In this document: positions 48,593-61,488 of the stretch, piece after piece
Layout of the letters: every line of letters begins with the position of its first letter
Numbering within the stretch: position 1 is the first letter of the stretch
Source: Squalus acanthias
Taxonomy: Eukaryota
Assembly: GCA_030390025.1 (NCBI GenBank)
Contig: CM059431.1
Coordinates: 100,752,001-100,816,000 of the forward strand
Reading direction: 5' to 3'
DNA length: 64,000 nucleotides
Program-made: the position numbers and the translations under genes
The notes under the pieces: generated by a model
What the model saw: only the letters and a program-made list of their open reading frames with translations
What the model was told of the DNA's origin: nothing
Databases searched by the model: none

Positions 48593-49199
48593 TACCTGTA
48601 CGTTGTAACTAGGCATGAAGGGGGTGGGGGGAAAAGAGAGCTTTATTGTTCCAATCACCTGTATAGGGTAGCGCTGTTCATTGGTTCTGTGCAGCTGATT
48701 TATTCGAAGATACTCGGTGTGTTATAGAATGGAAACTATTTTTATAAATAAAACAACATCATGAGCCAGCCAGGAATTCCATAGACTGAGGCAGATCTGT
48801 CTCTAATGTTAGGATTGTGTGCGGGTGTGCATTGGGAGATTTCAATCTCAGTCACACAGCAATGGGGTCCAATTTCCCTCTAATTTTTTTTACCGTGCGT
48901 GGTCCCTTTAAATTTGCTGCGCGGCCGCGTTTGCGTGGTATCTTTTCCAGTGGAATAGCTGGTGAGCAGCATGCGCGGGACCTCCCAATCGGTGCGCAGC
49001 TTTGGGGGGAACATTGATGGGGTCTGTGTTGTTTGAAGATTGACCAATAATGCAATGGGACTATCCATTTATTTATGAAGATAAATTACAACACATAATT
49101 TTGAAAACAAGCATCAATTTGCTGCCAAGAACAAGAGGTGGAGGAGGATCAGTGCCTGTGCTGGCTTCAGTCTGATGGTTGACACAGCAGTAAAAGAGA

Positions 49200-49635
49200 A
49201 ATAACTTGCATTTCTAAAGCGCCTTTCACAACCTCAGGATGTTCCCAAAGTGCTTTACAGCCAAAGAAGTACAGTCACTGTTGTAATGTAGGAGATGCGG
49301 TAGACAATTTGCGCACAGTAAGATCCCACAAACAGCAACATGATAATGACCAGATAATCTGTTTTACTGATTGGTTGAGAGATAAATATTGGCCAGGACA
49401 CCAGGAGAACACCCCGGCTTTTCTTGCAATAGTGCCGTGGGATCTGAGAGGGCAGACGGGGCCTCGGTTTAAAGTTACATCCGAAAGACGGCACCTCCGA
49501 CAGTGCAGCGCTCCCTGAGTACGGCACTGGGATTGTCAGCCTCGATTTTATGCTCAAGTCTCTGGAGTGGGACTTGAACCCACAACCTTCTGACTCAGAG
49601 GCGAGAGTGCGACCGACTGAGCCATGGCTGACACC
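49200..49635 (-). mobile_element. DeuSINE/SacSINE1-like SINE
   Basis: Reverse complement of the consensus including the head. Confidence 0.88.
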
Positions 49636-49807
49636 GTAGAATATGGATCCACCATGTGACCCTCTGGGCAGGTTGGAAACATTCTTTTGGACATTGGAAA
49701 AGTAATCCTGAAAGAGTGATGGCAGGATGAGGTATTGGTCTGCAATTGTAAAGTACACATGCTTTGTTTTCTATCTATATATGCTTTGGCGATTCTGTAT
49801 CTAATTT

Positions 49808-49940
49808 ACTTCACCTGAGGAAGGAGCAATCGATAGCTCCGAAAGCTTGTGATTTCAAATAAAACTGTTGGACTATAACCTGGTGTTGTGCGACCTCTCA
49901 ATTTTGTCCACCCCAGTCCAACACCGGCATCTCCGCATCA
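49808..49940 (+). mobile_element. Penelope-like terminal repeat with a hammerhead ribozyme core (same family as 17006-17208)
   Basis: tcac-CTGAGGA-aggagc..gctcc-GAAA-gctt-gtga, followed by the same ~90-nt tail ending ctccgcatca. Confidence 0.75.
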
Positions 49941-50363
49941 GGATGAGGTATGACAGTTTTTACTTCTATTATTTCTTTCTTTCTTATACTTCGTTCAGGT
50001 TCTTTGATAAATCAGTTAAATCTTCTAAGAATTCAATTATAGCAAACACTTAATTTTAACTGTTATCAATTTGCCTTAATCCTCATACTGAAAATGTTTC
50101 CCTTCATGTGGAGAGACTGGAGAAGTTGGGATTGTTCTCATTAGAGCAGAGGAGGTTAAAGGGAGATTTAATAGAGGTGTTCAAAATTATGACACAGCGA
50201 GTTGTTATGATCTGGAATGCCCTGCCTGAAAGGGTGGTGCAAGCGGATTCAACAGTAACTTTCAAAAGAGTATATCATTAAAAGGGAAATTATTTGCTTA
50301 AGTTGGGTTTTTGTGGCTTCCTCAATCGCAATTGGTAGTAGATTTTCATACCAGTCAAATATT

Positions 50364-50465
50364 TCTGACGAAAGGTCATCGATCTGAAACATTAACTCGG
50401 TTTCTCTCTCCACAGATGCTGCCTGACCTGCTGAGTATTTCCAGCATTTTCTGTTTTTATTTTAT
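50364..50465 (+). mobile_element. Penelope-type repeat (second family) with CTGACGA...GAAA core
   Basis: tctgacgaaaggtcatcgatctgaaacattaactc..gatgctgcctgacctgctgagtatttccagc. Confidence 0.6.
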
Positions 50466-50954
50466 GTTAAATACTTCAGCAAATTGGTTGACTTAACAGA
50501 TGGTGGTTACTGAAACGAATAAAGCTGATGATTTTTCATATCACATGTGTGTAACACTCTGTGCATTACCTACCCTCTTCTTTCTCTTTGTTTTAAGTCT
50601 GAGAACATAGATCACTTTATAATACAAAAAATTGCTTGTGGTTCCAAACACAACTTACAGTAAATCATTTTAATATCACATTTCCAACGTGATTGTAAAA
50701 CTAACTATAATGAAGTTCACTCCATGACATCATGCCCAAGTAATCACACACATAACTCTTTTTATTGCTAATCAAAAAAAAAATATATATGTTCTGATTT
50801 ACTCAGGTTTTCTAAATTATTACTGCAATAAGTAGCCCAGTTGGTTCTCTACATATTTTACCACTGTTTTGGATCAGCATCCTGATTTTCAACTGAAAGC
50901 ATCTGTATGGTAGATTAGGAGCCACTATTAAATTACTTCATCACAGTCTGCTTG

Positions 50955-53900
50955 AGCACAGAGCTTGGAGAGAGAGCTGGGTGAATCGCAATCGGAGTGG
51001 ATCGCAAGCAGAGTGGAAGAATTTGGTGACAGTAGGAATTCAGCGGAGAAGAGGAAGGCGGTTTCTCACGTCCAACTCAAAAGAAGGAGTGGAGCCACAG
51101 AACCCAAGGATTCTAAGTTAAGTATCTAGATATCGAATATTTAGGTTCTTTGTGTTTAGTATCTCAGTGGTTCTTGTTAAACTTGAGTAAATCATTTTGT
51201 CTTTCTTCTCTCTAAGTTAGGGCAGTGGGTTAAACGAAGACGTTTAGTTAGTAGGCTAATAAATAGAGGCATGGCAGGGCACCTCAGTCCCGTCGAATGC
51301 ACATCCTGTGCCATGTGGGAAGTTCAGGATGCGTCTTGTGTCCTGGACAATCACATGTGCAGGAAGTGTCGTCAGCTCGGGTTCCGGGTTTCGGAGCTTG
51401 AGCTGCAGCTGGCATCACTGCAGTGCATCCGCGAGGCTGAGAGCTACATGGATAGCACGTTTCAGGAGGTGGTCACCCCGCAGGTTAAGAGTTTGCAGGC
51501 AGAGAGGGAATGGGTGACCGCCAGACAGATGAGAAGGACCAGGCAAGTAGTGCAGGAGTCCCCTGAGTGCATTTCGCGCTCTAACCGGTATTCAGACACT
51601 GGTGATGGTTCCTCTGGGAAGTACAGCCAGAGCCAAGTCCAAGGCTCCATGGGTGGCTCAGCTGTACATGGGTGGAGGAGGAAGGTCAGAAAAGCAATAG
51701 TCATAGGGGATTCAATAGTTAGGGTAACAGACAGGCGTTTCTGCGGCCGCAGACCTGACTCCAAGATGGTATGTTGCCTCCCTGGTGCCAGGGTCATGAG
51801 CAGCTACAGGTCATGAGGGGGGAGGGTGAACAGCCAGAGGTTCTGGTCCATATCGGTACCAATGACATAGGTAGAAAGAAGGTTGAGGTCCTACAGGCAT
51901 ATTTTAGGGAGCTAGGAAAGAGATTAATAAGCAGGACCTCAAAGGTAGTAATCTCCGATTACTCCCAGTGCCACACGCTAGTGAGTACAGAAATAGGAGG
52001 CTAGAGCAGATGAATGCGTGGCCGGAGAGATGGTGCAGGAGGAAGGACTTTAAACCTGAGGCATTGGGACCGATTCTGGGGGAGGTGGGACATGAAGAAG
52101 CAACCTCAACAGGGCCGGGACCAATATCCTCACAGGGGGTGGGGGCGGGAGTTGCTAGTTGGGGAGGGTTTAAACTAGCTTGGCAGGGGGATGGGAACCT
52201 GAGCGAAGATTCAGAAGGGAGAGAAGCAAAGCGGGAAATGGAAGGCAGTAAATTAGTAAGTGAGTTTGGAAGGCAGAGGAAACAAAGGCTAGAAAATAGA
52301 CAACAAAGGGGTTTGACAGTGCTAAATGGTATATACTTCAATGCAAAGAGTCTAGTGAATAAGGCAGATGAGCTGAGGGCACAGATAGATACGTGGAAGT
52401 ATGATATCATAGCTATTACTGAAACATGGCTGAAAGAAGGGCAGGAATGGCAGCTCAACATTCCTGGTTACAGGGCTTTCAGGCGAGATAGAGAGGGGGA
52501 TAAAACAGGAGGGGGTGGGGTCGCAATATTGGTTAAAGAAATAATTACAGCTGTGAGGAGGGATGATATTTTAGAAGGTCATCAAATTAGGCCATATGGG
52601 TTGAACTGAAGAACAAAAAAGGGGCAATCACACTGCTGGGAGTGTACTACAGACCCCCCAAATAGTCAGAGAGAGATAGAAGAGCAAGTATGTAGGCAAA
52701 TTTCTGAAGTGCAAACACAGTAGGGCAGTAACAGTAGGGGATTTCAACCACCCTAACATTAACTAAGATAGAATCAGTCTAAAAGGTATAGAGGGTGCAG
52801 AATTCTTAAAATACATTCAGGAGAACTTTTAAATCCAATACGTAGCAAGCCCAACAAGAGAGGGGGTGGTTCTGGAATTAGTTTTAGGGAATGAGGCTGG
52901 GCAGGAGGAAGGGGTATCAGTGGGAGAGCATTTTGGTGGTAGTGATCATAATTCAGTTAGATTTAGGGTAGTTATGGAAAAGGACAAAGATAGACCAGGA
53001 GTAAAAGTTCTCAATTGGGGAAAGGCCGATTTTACTAAGCTGCGACGTGATTTAGCGAAAAGTGAATTGGAAACAGCTACTTGAAGGTAAATCAGTGTCA
53101 GAGCAGTGGGAGGCATTCAAGGAGGAGACAGTGAGGGTTCAGAGCAAATATGTTCCCACAAAGAAAAAGGGTGGGACTCCCAAATCTAGAGCCCCTGGAT
53201 GTCAAGGGGTAGGCAGGGTAGGATAAGGCAAAAAAGGGAAGCTTATGTCAGATACCGAGTGCTAAATACTGCAGAAAGCCTAGAGGAGTATAGAAAGTGC
53301 AGGGGTGAAATTAAGAAGGAAATTAGGAAAGCAAAGAGAGGGCATGTAAAAATATTGGCAAGTAAAATGAAGGAAAACCAAAGATGTTTTATAAATACAT
53401 AAAGAGCAAGAGGATAACTAAAGAAAGAGTAGGGCCTATTAGAGACCAAAAAGGAAGCTTGTGTGTGGAGGCGGAAGACGTGGGTATGGTTCTTCATGAA
53501 TATTTTGCATCTGTCTTCATAAAAGAGAGGGATGATGCAGACATTGTAGTTAAGGAGGAGGAGTGTGAAATATTAGATGAGATAAACATAGTGAGAGAGG
53601 AAATATTAAGGGGTTTAGCATCTTTGAAAGTAGATAAATCGCCAGGCTCGGATGAAATGTTTCCCAGGCTGTTAAGAGAAGCAAGGGTGGAAATAGCGGA
53701 GGCTCTGACCATCATTTTCCAATCCTCCCTGGCTACAGGTGTGGTGCCGGAGGACTGCTAACATTGTTCCGTTGTTTAAAAAGCAAGAAAGGGTTAGACT
53801 GAGTAATTACAGGCCAGTCAGCCTAAGCTCAGTGGTGGTCAAATTATTGAAAAAAATTCTGAGGGCTATTATTAATCGTCATGTAGAAAGGCACGGATTA

Positions 53901-55187
53901 ATCAAGGTCAGTCCGCATGGATTTGTTACGGGAAGGTCATGTCTGACTAACTTGACTGAATTTTTTGAGGAGATAACAAGGAGGGTGGATGAGGGTAGTG
54001 CATTTGATGTAGTCTACATGGATTTTAGCAAGGCTTTTCACAAGGTCCCACATGGCAGACTGGTCAGCAAATTAAAAGCCCATGGGATCCAAGGAAGTGG
54101 CAAGTTGGATCCGAAATTAGCTTAGTGGCAGGAAGCAAAGGGTAATGGTCGACAGGTGTTTCTGTGACTGGAAGGCTGTTTCCGCAGGGCTCAGTACTAG
54201 GCCTCCTGCTTTTTTGTGGTATATATCAATGATTTAGACTTCAATGTAGGGGGCATAATTAAGAAGTTTGCAGATGATACAAAAATTGTCTGTGTGGTTG
54301 ATAGTGAAGAAGAAAGTTGTAGACTGCAGGAAGATATCAGTGGACTGGTCAGGTGGGCAGAAAAGTACCAAATGGAATTCAATTCAGAGAAGTGTGAGGT
54401 AATACATTTGGGGAGGGCTAACAAGGCAAGGGAATACACAATAAATGGTAGGATACTGAGAAGTGTAGAGGAACAGAGGGACCTTGGAGTGCATGTCCAC
54501 AGATCCCTGAAGTAGCAGGAGAGATAGATTAGGTGGTTAAGAAGGCAAATGGAATATTTTCCTTTATTATCCGAGGCATAGAATATAAGAGCAGGGAGGT
54601 TATGCTTGAACTGTATGAAGCACTAGTTAGGCCACAGCTAGAGCACTGCGTACAGTTCTGGTCACCACATTACAGGAAAGATGTGATTGCCTTAAAGAGG
54701 ATACAGAGGAGATTTACGAGGATGTTGCCAGGACTGGAGAATTTTAGCTATGAGGAAAGATTGGATCGGCTGGGGTTGTTTGCTTTGGAACAGAGGAGGC
54801 TGAGGGGAGACTTTATTCAGGTGTATAAAATTATGAGGGGCCTAAATAGAGTGGATAGGAAGGACCTATTTCCCTTAGCAGAGAGGTCAATAACCAGGGG
54901 ACACAGATTTAAAGTAACTGGTAGAAGGATTAGAGGGGAGTTAAGGAGAACTTTTTTCACCCAGAGGGTGGTGGGGGTCTGGAACTCACTGCCTGAAAGG
55001 GTGGTAGAGGCAGAAACCCTCATCACATTTAAAAAGTACTTGGATATGCACTTGAAGTGCCGTAACCTACAGGGCTACGGACCAAGAGCTGGAAAGTGGG
55101 ATTAGGCTGGATAGCTCTTTGTCGGCCGGCACAGACATGATGGGCCGAATGGCCTCCTACTGTGCTGTAAATTTCTATGATTCTATG
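50955..55187 (+). mobile_element. Essentially full-length CR1 LINE (5' UTR, ORF1 with Cys-rich/zipper/esterase regions, ORF2 APE-RT), inactivated
   Basis: ORF1 from 51271: CTSC..CRKC, heptad Leu repeat, SGNH-type VIGDSIVR and VHIGTND; ORF2: YFNAKSL, IAITETWL, SDHNSV, NYRPVSL, KFADD; tail tttctatgattctatg; many frameshifts; 5' boundary approximate. Confidence 0.93.
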
Positions 55188-55599
55188 CATGTCAGCTACG
55201 TTATTATAACAAAGGAAGGATAGCAAGTATATCAGTGAAGCACACGCATCATTTTTCAGCATAATGGTCCTTTCTTATCACAAGACCGAGACTACACATT
55301 TTCTTTTTTTTTAATAAAAAGGTGATACGAATTGCACACCAAAGCTACACTGACAACAACAATGTAAGAACTGGAATTTTGGATATAAAAGCTTATGGAG
55401 CGGGGGTTGGAGGAGAAACACTGCATTCTTTAATGGTAATTTTGTTAGCAATTCACTTATCAATGGTGGCCAAGAGTACACAACAGTAAATTGAATCTCG
55501 TTTTCAAATTTTCTGAATTGACACTATTTACTCTCAGGCAAAAATGTGGTGATTCAAGATGGAGTGCCATTGTACATGGCTGCCAGCAGATCTCTGGGC

Positions 55600-55895
55600 A
55601 CCTTTAAGGACAAGGGCAGCAGGTGCATGGGAACACCACCACCTCCAAGTTCCCCTCCAAGTCACACACCATCCTGACTTGGAAATATATCGGCCGTTCC
55701 TTCATCGTCGCTGGGTCAAAATCCAATCCTGGAACTCCCTCCCTAACAGCACTGTGGGAGCACCTTCACCACACGGACTGCAGCGGTTCAAGAAGGTGGC
55801 TCACCACCACCTTCTCGAGGGCAATTAGGGATGGGCAATAAACGCTGGCCTTGCCAGCGACACCCACATCCCGGGAACGAATTTTAAAAAAAACC
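55600..55895 (+). mobile_element. CR1-group LINE 3' fragment (family of 26103-29134)
   Basis: SWNSLPNSTVGAPSPHGLQRFKK..HHHLL and tail. Confidence 0.88.
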
Positions 55896-57174
55896 TCACC
55901 CCAAATGGCCAATCTTCACTGCTGATCTTGGACACTGAACTTTTCAGCAGGCTATTTCCACTTGGGGATTCTCAACAGCTGATCTTGTCTTCAGCCAATG
56001 TCTCCACACACATACATTTTTCCAACCACAATCACCACATGAAGATCAGGAAAGGCAATCCTGAATTTTTTTCTCCTTCCCTGTATGAGGGATACTAAAG
56101 CCACCTTTAGCTCTCTCGCTTCTACCCCAGTTGAGGTCGGCAAACCCCGGGATTAAAATTTAAATATATAAACTTTTATACTTGCTTTGAAGGCCAGAGT
56201 TTTCTGTGTGACTCAAGTGGAAAATTAGCTTAATTTTACATGTTGGTTGGAAAGATCCTACATTACAACAGTGATTACACTTCAAAAGTATTTGTTGCCT
56301 GTAAAGTGCTTTGGCACGTCCTGTGGTCGTGAAAGGCGCTATATAAATAGAAGTCTTTCTTTCTTTTGCTGGAAGGAGACGAATCCCATAACCATAGGGT
56401 ATTGGATTGGAGGTACCGGTCAGCCATGATCTAATTGAATGGCCTACTCCTGTTCCTATGATAGCAAAAACATTACAAGTAACTGGATTTGAACTCTTTA
56501 TTTCTGGAGGTAAATGACTTAGAACCAAAAATGATTTGTACAAAATTTGAGAAGTAATATTGGAGAAATATTTTAATCTCTCGCTGGACTGAATGGAGCC
56601 AGCATGTCGTGGCATCCCATAATTTTAAGTCTACCTTCTTGAGCAAACACATTTTAAAATATTTTTTAATGAGAAAGTATGTTTTTTGTAGAATTCATTG
56701 TAACCATATGTGGGGTCCACAGTGGGTCATTTTATCCTGTTTCTTCAGTTCAGCCTTTTTCAAAAAAGTGAAACATTACGAAAATGCACATTTTTACACT
56801 GCCCATTTTTTTCCCCTTTCAAAAGTAAAAATAGAACCAAACACAACAAAGGGCTGTGCACCTGAATTTTGTGGAATATTAGGCATAAAGGAAACCTACA
56901 GATACTACATCCTTCCTGCTAAGAGTTCAGCTATTCCTACTATTGAAATTGTTAGGGCAATGTATCCTGTGTGTTAATGAAGCAAAATCGCGCTCTCCTT
57001 CTCTCTTCCGTTAACACATCCAGACTGAAATTCATAGTAGCCTAAGCTTCCAAAACATTACTGCATTCCAAAACCATAAGAGATTTTGGCTCGCTAACTT
57101 TTACCACTCAAAGATGATGAACAATACTTTGTCTATCCGATGCAAAATTTAGCAGAAATGTGTCATACACTCAC

Positions 57175-57230
57175 CGTGTGGAATCCTGTGCATATGATTT
57201 CTATCACAGTGATGAGGTCTATCTCTCCAT
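57175..57230 (-). other. Candidate 56-nt exon
   Basis: Minus strand atatttctatcag|ATGGAGAG...CACACG|gtgagt in non-repeat DNA. Confidence 0.25.
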
Positions 57231-57449
57231 CTGATAGAAATATCTTAAAATAGTGGTTTGTTTCTACGTGAAAACTGTTGCTACCTTCAGAGGGACAATG
57301 AAGGCCAGGACACGACCTGGAATCAATTGATTTATTTATCACACCTCCAGACTTTGATAGACTCAATAAAACGTCCCTATTTATATTACAAGAAAGTCAG
57401 AGCGACCAAAATGCAAAACTCTGGACTCGGGAAAGGTAGATCAGAGTAG

Positions 57450-58185
57450 TTGCTAAATGGCGAGAAGCAGGGAATTATGGAGGAGCAGAGAGATTTTGGG
57501 GTCCGCGTACAGAAATCACTAAAAGCTAGTGGTCAGGTACAAAAGTAATCGCAAAGGCCAATGGATTGTTAGCCTTCATCTCAAGGGGGTTGGAATACAA
57601 AAGGGTGGAAGTTATGTTACAGCTGTACAGAGCTCTGGTTAGACCCCATCTGGACACTGCGTTCAGTTCTGGGCCCCGCACCTCAGGAAGGATATTTTGG
57701 CCTTGGATGGGGTGCAGTGCAGATTCACCAGAATTATACCGGGGCTAAAAGGGTTACATTATAAAGGACAGGCTTCTATTCCCTTGAGTATAGAAGATTA
57801 AGGAGTGACCTAATTGAGGTGTTTAAGATGATTGAAGGATTTGATGGGGTAGAGAGAGAGAAACTATTTCCTCTGGTGGGGGGGGGGTCCAGAACAAGGG
57901 GGCATAACCTTAAAATTAGAGCCAGACCGTTCAGGGGTGATGTCAGGAAGCACTTCTTCACACAAAGGGTAGTGGAAATCTGGAACTCTCTCCCCCCAAA
58001 AAGCTGTTGAGGCTGGGGGTCAATTGAAAATTTCAAAAGTGAGATTGATAGATTTTTGTTAGACAAAGGTATTAAGGGATACGGAACTAAGGCGAGTTCC
58101 GATGGAGTTAAGATACAGATCAGCCATGATCTCACTGAATGCCGGAACAGGCTCGGGGGGCTGAATGGCCTCCTCCTGTTCCTAT
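57450..58185 (+). mobile_element. CR1 LINE 3' fragment
   Basis: LAFISRGLEYK..LYRALVRPHL and RKHFFTQRVVEIWNSLP. Confidence 0.9.
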
Positions 58186-59989
58186 AAAATAACTGGTGGC
58201 CCAAATATTTCCTGCCCACATCCAGCTTTTATGGTCCAGGCACTATTGCAATCATAGTGGTTTTTGGCAGTCATACATGATTGGTACACCAATGCAGTGT
58301 CCCATGGAACAGCCAGACTCCCAGTCTCAATAATGCCATCAAGATAAGCACGGGGACAAAAAGAAAAATGAATATTGTTTAGTATTTATTGTTAGAGAAA
58401 TGTAGTGCCATTTCTCTGGATAATACTGGATTTAACTCCAATTGCAAATGTTTGCAGATAGTTTGTTTATTTTCACCACCATCAGGTTGAAAATTAAGTT
58501 ACTGCTAGTGCTCCCAACAATTCCAGGAGAAGAATTACATCCACTAAAGTAAACAGGGTGGGAAGAAAGGTCCAAACATTTTGAAGGTTGCAGCCCCTAT
58601 TCCATTACTTAAGGGGGCTGCTCCTCAACTTCTGGCTACACTTTAGCCCAACACTTCTGATCTTTGGCCACCCGGTATGTAGGGGGAGGAGCAGGCAGGG
58701 CGAAAGATCTTCTCGTGGGTCTGCTCCTGGGACTGGCAAAGACGGCCATTCATGGATCCAGGGTGAGCGCGGCCCACAGGGGAAAGGGGTCGCTCTGACT
58801 GCCCCGTCTCTCCTTTGCGGTCTAGTCCGTGCCCGGGCGGCCCTGGAGAGGGACCACACGGTGTCCATTGGTTCACTTGGGGCCTTCCGCGGCCGGTGGG
58901 CACCGCAGGGCATGGCGTGTCTTAACGACACCAATAGTAATGTTGTGGTTTAAGTTGGGAGTTGATTTTATTTTAATTAGATTTCATCTTTCAGTTTGCG
59001 GTTGCCTTTCTGTTAATGACACTGGGGCAACCCAGCATCACCCCTATTGGTTTATTTAAAATAGGCAAAAGGAAAAAGATAAAATGTGAAGTTGGTGGCC
59101 AATGACCACAAGTACTAAATAATTGGAATCCAATTTATGATATGAATTGAGCTAAACATTTTTATAGCAGACACCATTCAGTTCCAAGTCAACTGACACC
59201 CCTCCCCCTTCTATTCTACCCGCTTTCAGCTGGCTCGTTGCAACCATTTGTCATCCCCTGCAAACTTGCTTCAATATATAATAGAAGTGAACATCCATAT
59301 GTACACAACCAGAAAGCAGAGGTTTCAATGAAGAGCTGCACTAGTTATAACAGATACAGCCAACTGGACAGCATCACTGATCAGCCTGTGTGGATTTGTT
59401 ATATGGAGTTCAGATTACAGCATTTAGCCGCCATACAAAATCAAGGTACTAAAATAAAATTAAAATAAAACCCTGGCACACACAGTAAGTAGTGGACTCA
59501 TCATACCTGTTGGTGACAACTGGTTAATGGTTTATGTAATTTTAAAAACAGCAAAACATTCTTTACTGGAAGGTAACAAAAAAAACACAACATATTCGGA
59601 CTATAACTCAACTTGTGCCCAGTTACTTAAATTCAAGATGCACAGACATCTCACTGTCTTAAAGAACATAATGAACTGGTCTCTGATGACATTATCATAT
59701 AAAAAGAACATGGAGTACCCGCTCCCAAGTACAGCAATTAAGTCTATAAATAGGGGTCATTTGTGTCAATGTCCACTCATGAATGCAATGATTAAGTTTA
59801 AACCTTTCAGGAAGTGGCTTTTGTATTGCAGTTCAAATCTTGGGAGAACGAGATGGCCCCCACACTTACCTTTGTAATGTGCAGCCAGTCTTCCTGTAAA
59901 CCCACTGCACTGTGCAGGCTACACCATTCTGTGCATGCATAGGCTGGCCGTGCCATTATGCACTAAGCATTGACTTCACAATATTAATA

Positions 59990-60386
59990 AAGAAAAAGAC
60001 TTGCACTTATATAGCGCCTTTCACAACCTCAAGACATCCCAAAGTGTTTGCCAGCCAATTAAGTACTTTATTTGAAGTGTAGTCACAGTTATAATGTAGG
60101 AAACACGGCAGTCAAATTTGCACACAGCAAGCTCCCACAAACTGCAATGTAATAATGACCAGGTAATCTGTTTTAGTGCTTTTGGTTGAGGGATAAATAT
60201 TGGCCAGGACACTGGGGATAACGCCCCTGCTCTTCTTCAAAACAGTGCCATGGGATCTTTTACGTCCACCTGAGAGAGCAGACGGGGCCTCGGTTTAACG
60301 TCTCATCCGAAAGACGGCACCTCTGACAGTGCAGCACTCCCTCAGTACTTCACTGGAGTGTCAGCCTAGATTTTGTGCTCAAGTCT
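59990..60386 (-). mobile_element. DeuSINE/SacSINE1-like SINE (head missing)
   Basis: Reverse body and tail. Confidence 0.88.
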
Positions 60387-60935
60387 AAGAGAATAACATT
60401 GTCATGTTGGTGATATGATTACTTAGTTTTCCTTTGATATGTAACTTCATTAACACCTTAATTTAATTTACCATGGTAGCCAGTGAATTCATTCCCTCCC
60501 ATTCCCTTGCACCTCAAATACATCATCGGCCTCTGCCCCAATTCTGCCAAAAGCAATATCCGTAACTTTATTAACTTGACCCTCAACTCCCCAAATGCTC
60601 TCTGTGCCAGCCTTGCTGCCTCTGCACACCTCAAACTGGAACTAATTCACAACCTCAAGGACTGTGTCCTCACCTGCACTTGCCAAGCTCCGCTGAGTCA
60701 ACAACTTCACCCTGCCGTACTTCAGCCTGATATCCTCCACGCCTCATACATTAGCTTATTCCTCAATCCCCATTCCTGTCATTCTTACATCTTAATCACT
60801 GTGCCATGCCCTTTGGAACCCCCTTCCTATATACCTCCACATTGCCATCTCCCTCCCTGCTTTCAAAAGCCTTTAAAACCCTTCTCTCTGACCCCCCTTC
60901 CCACCCTGTATTCCCACCCCCCCCCCCCCCTCATC

Positions 60936-61392
60936 CCATGGCTCAGTTAGCTCGCTCTCTCTCCTCTGGATCAGAGGGTTGTGGGTTCAAGTCCCACTCC
61001 AGAGACATGAGCACAAAATCTAAGCTGTCACTCCAGTGCAGTACTGAGGGAGTGCTGTACTGTCGGAGGTGTCGTCTTACAGGCGAGACGTTAAACTGAG
61101 GCCCAGTCTGCCCTCTCGGCTGGAAGTAAAAGATCCCACAGCACCTTCTGAAGAAGAGCAGCGGAGTTCTCCCCGGTGTCCTGGGGCCAATATTTATCCC
61201 TCAACCAACACCTAAAAACAGATTATCTGGGTCATTATCACGTTACTGTTTATGGGACCTTGCTGTGCGCAAATTGGCTGCCACGTTTCCGACAGTGACT
61301 ACACTTCAAAAGTACTTCATTGGCTGTAAAGCGCTTTGGGGACGTCATGAAATCTTGAAAGGCGCTATATAAATGCAAGTCTTTCTTTCTCT
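60936..61392 (+). mobile_element. Full-length DeuSINE/SacSINE1-like SINE
   Basis: A and B boxes, Deu-like core, tail. Confidence 0.88.
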
Positions 61393-61488
61393 CCCTCGTG
61401 TTCCACATTCAGTTTTTGTCCTTCATACTGTAAAGCACTCAAACCTCTTTCTGCTCATGAAGCAGGCTAGGGAAATATCAGTTGCAAT

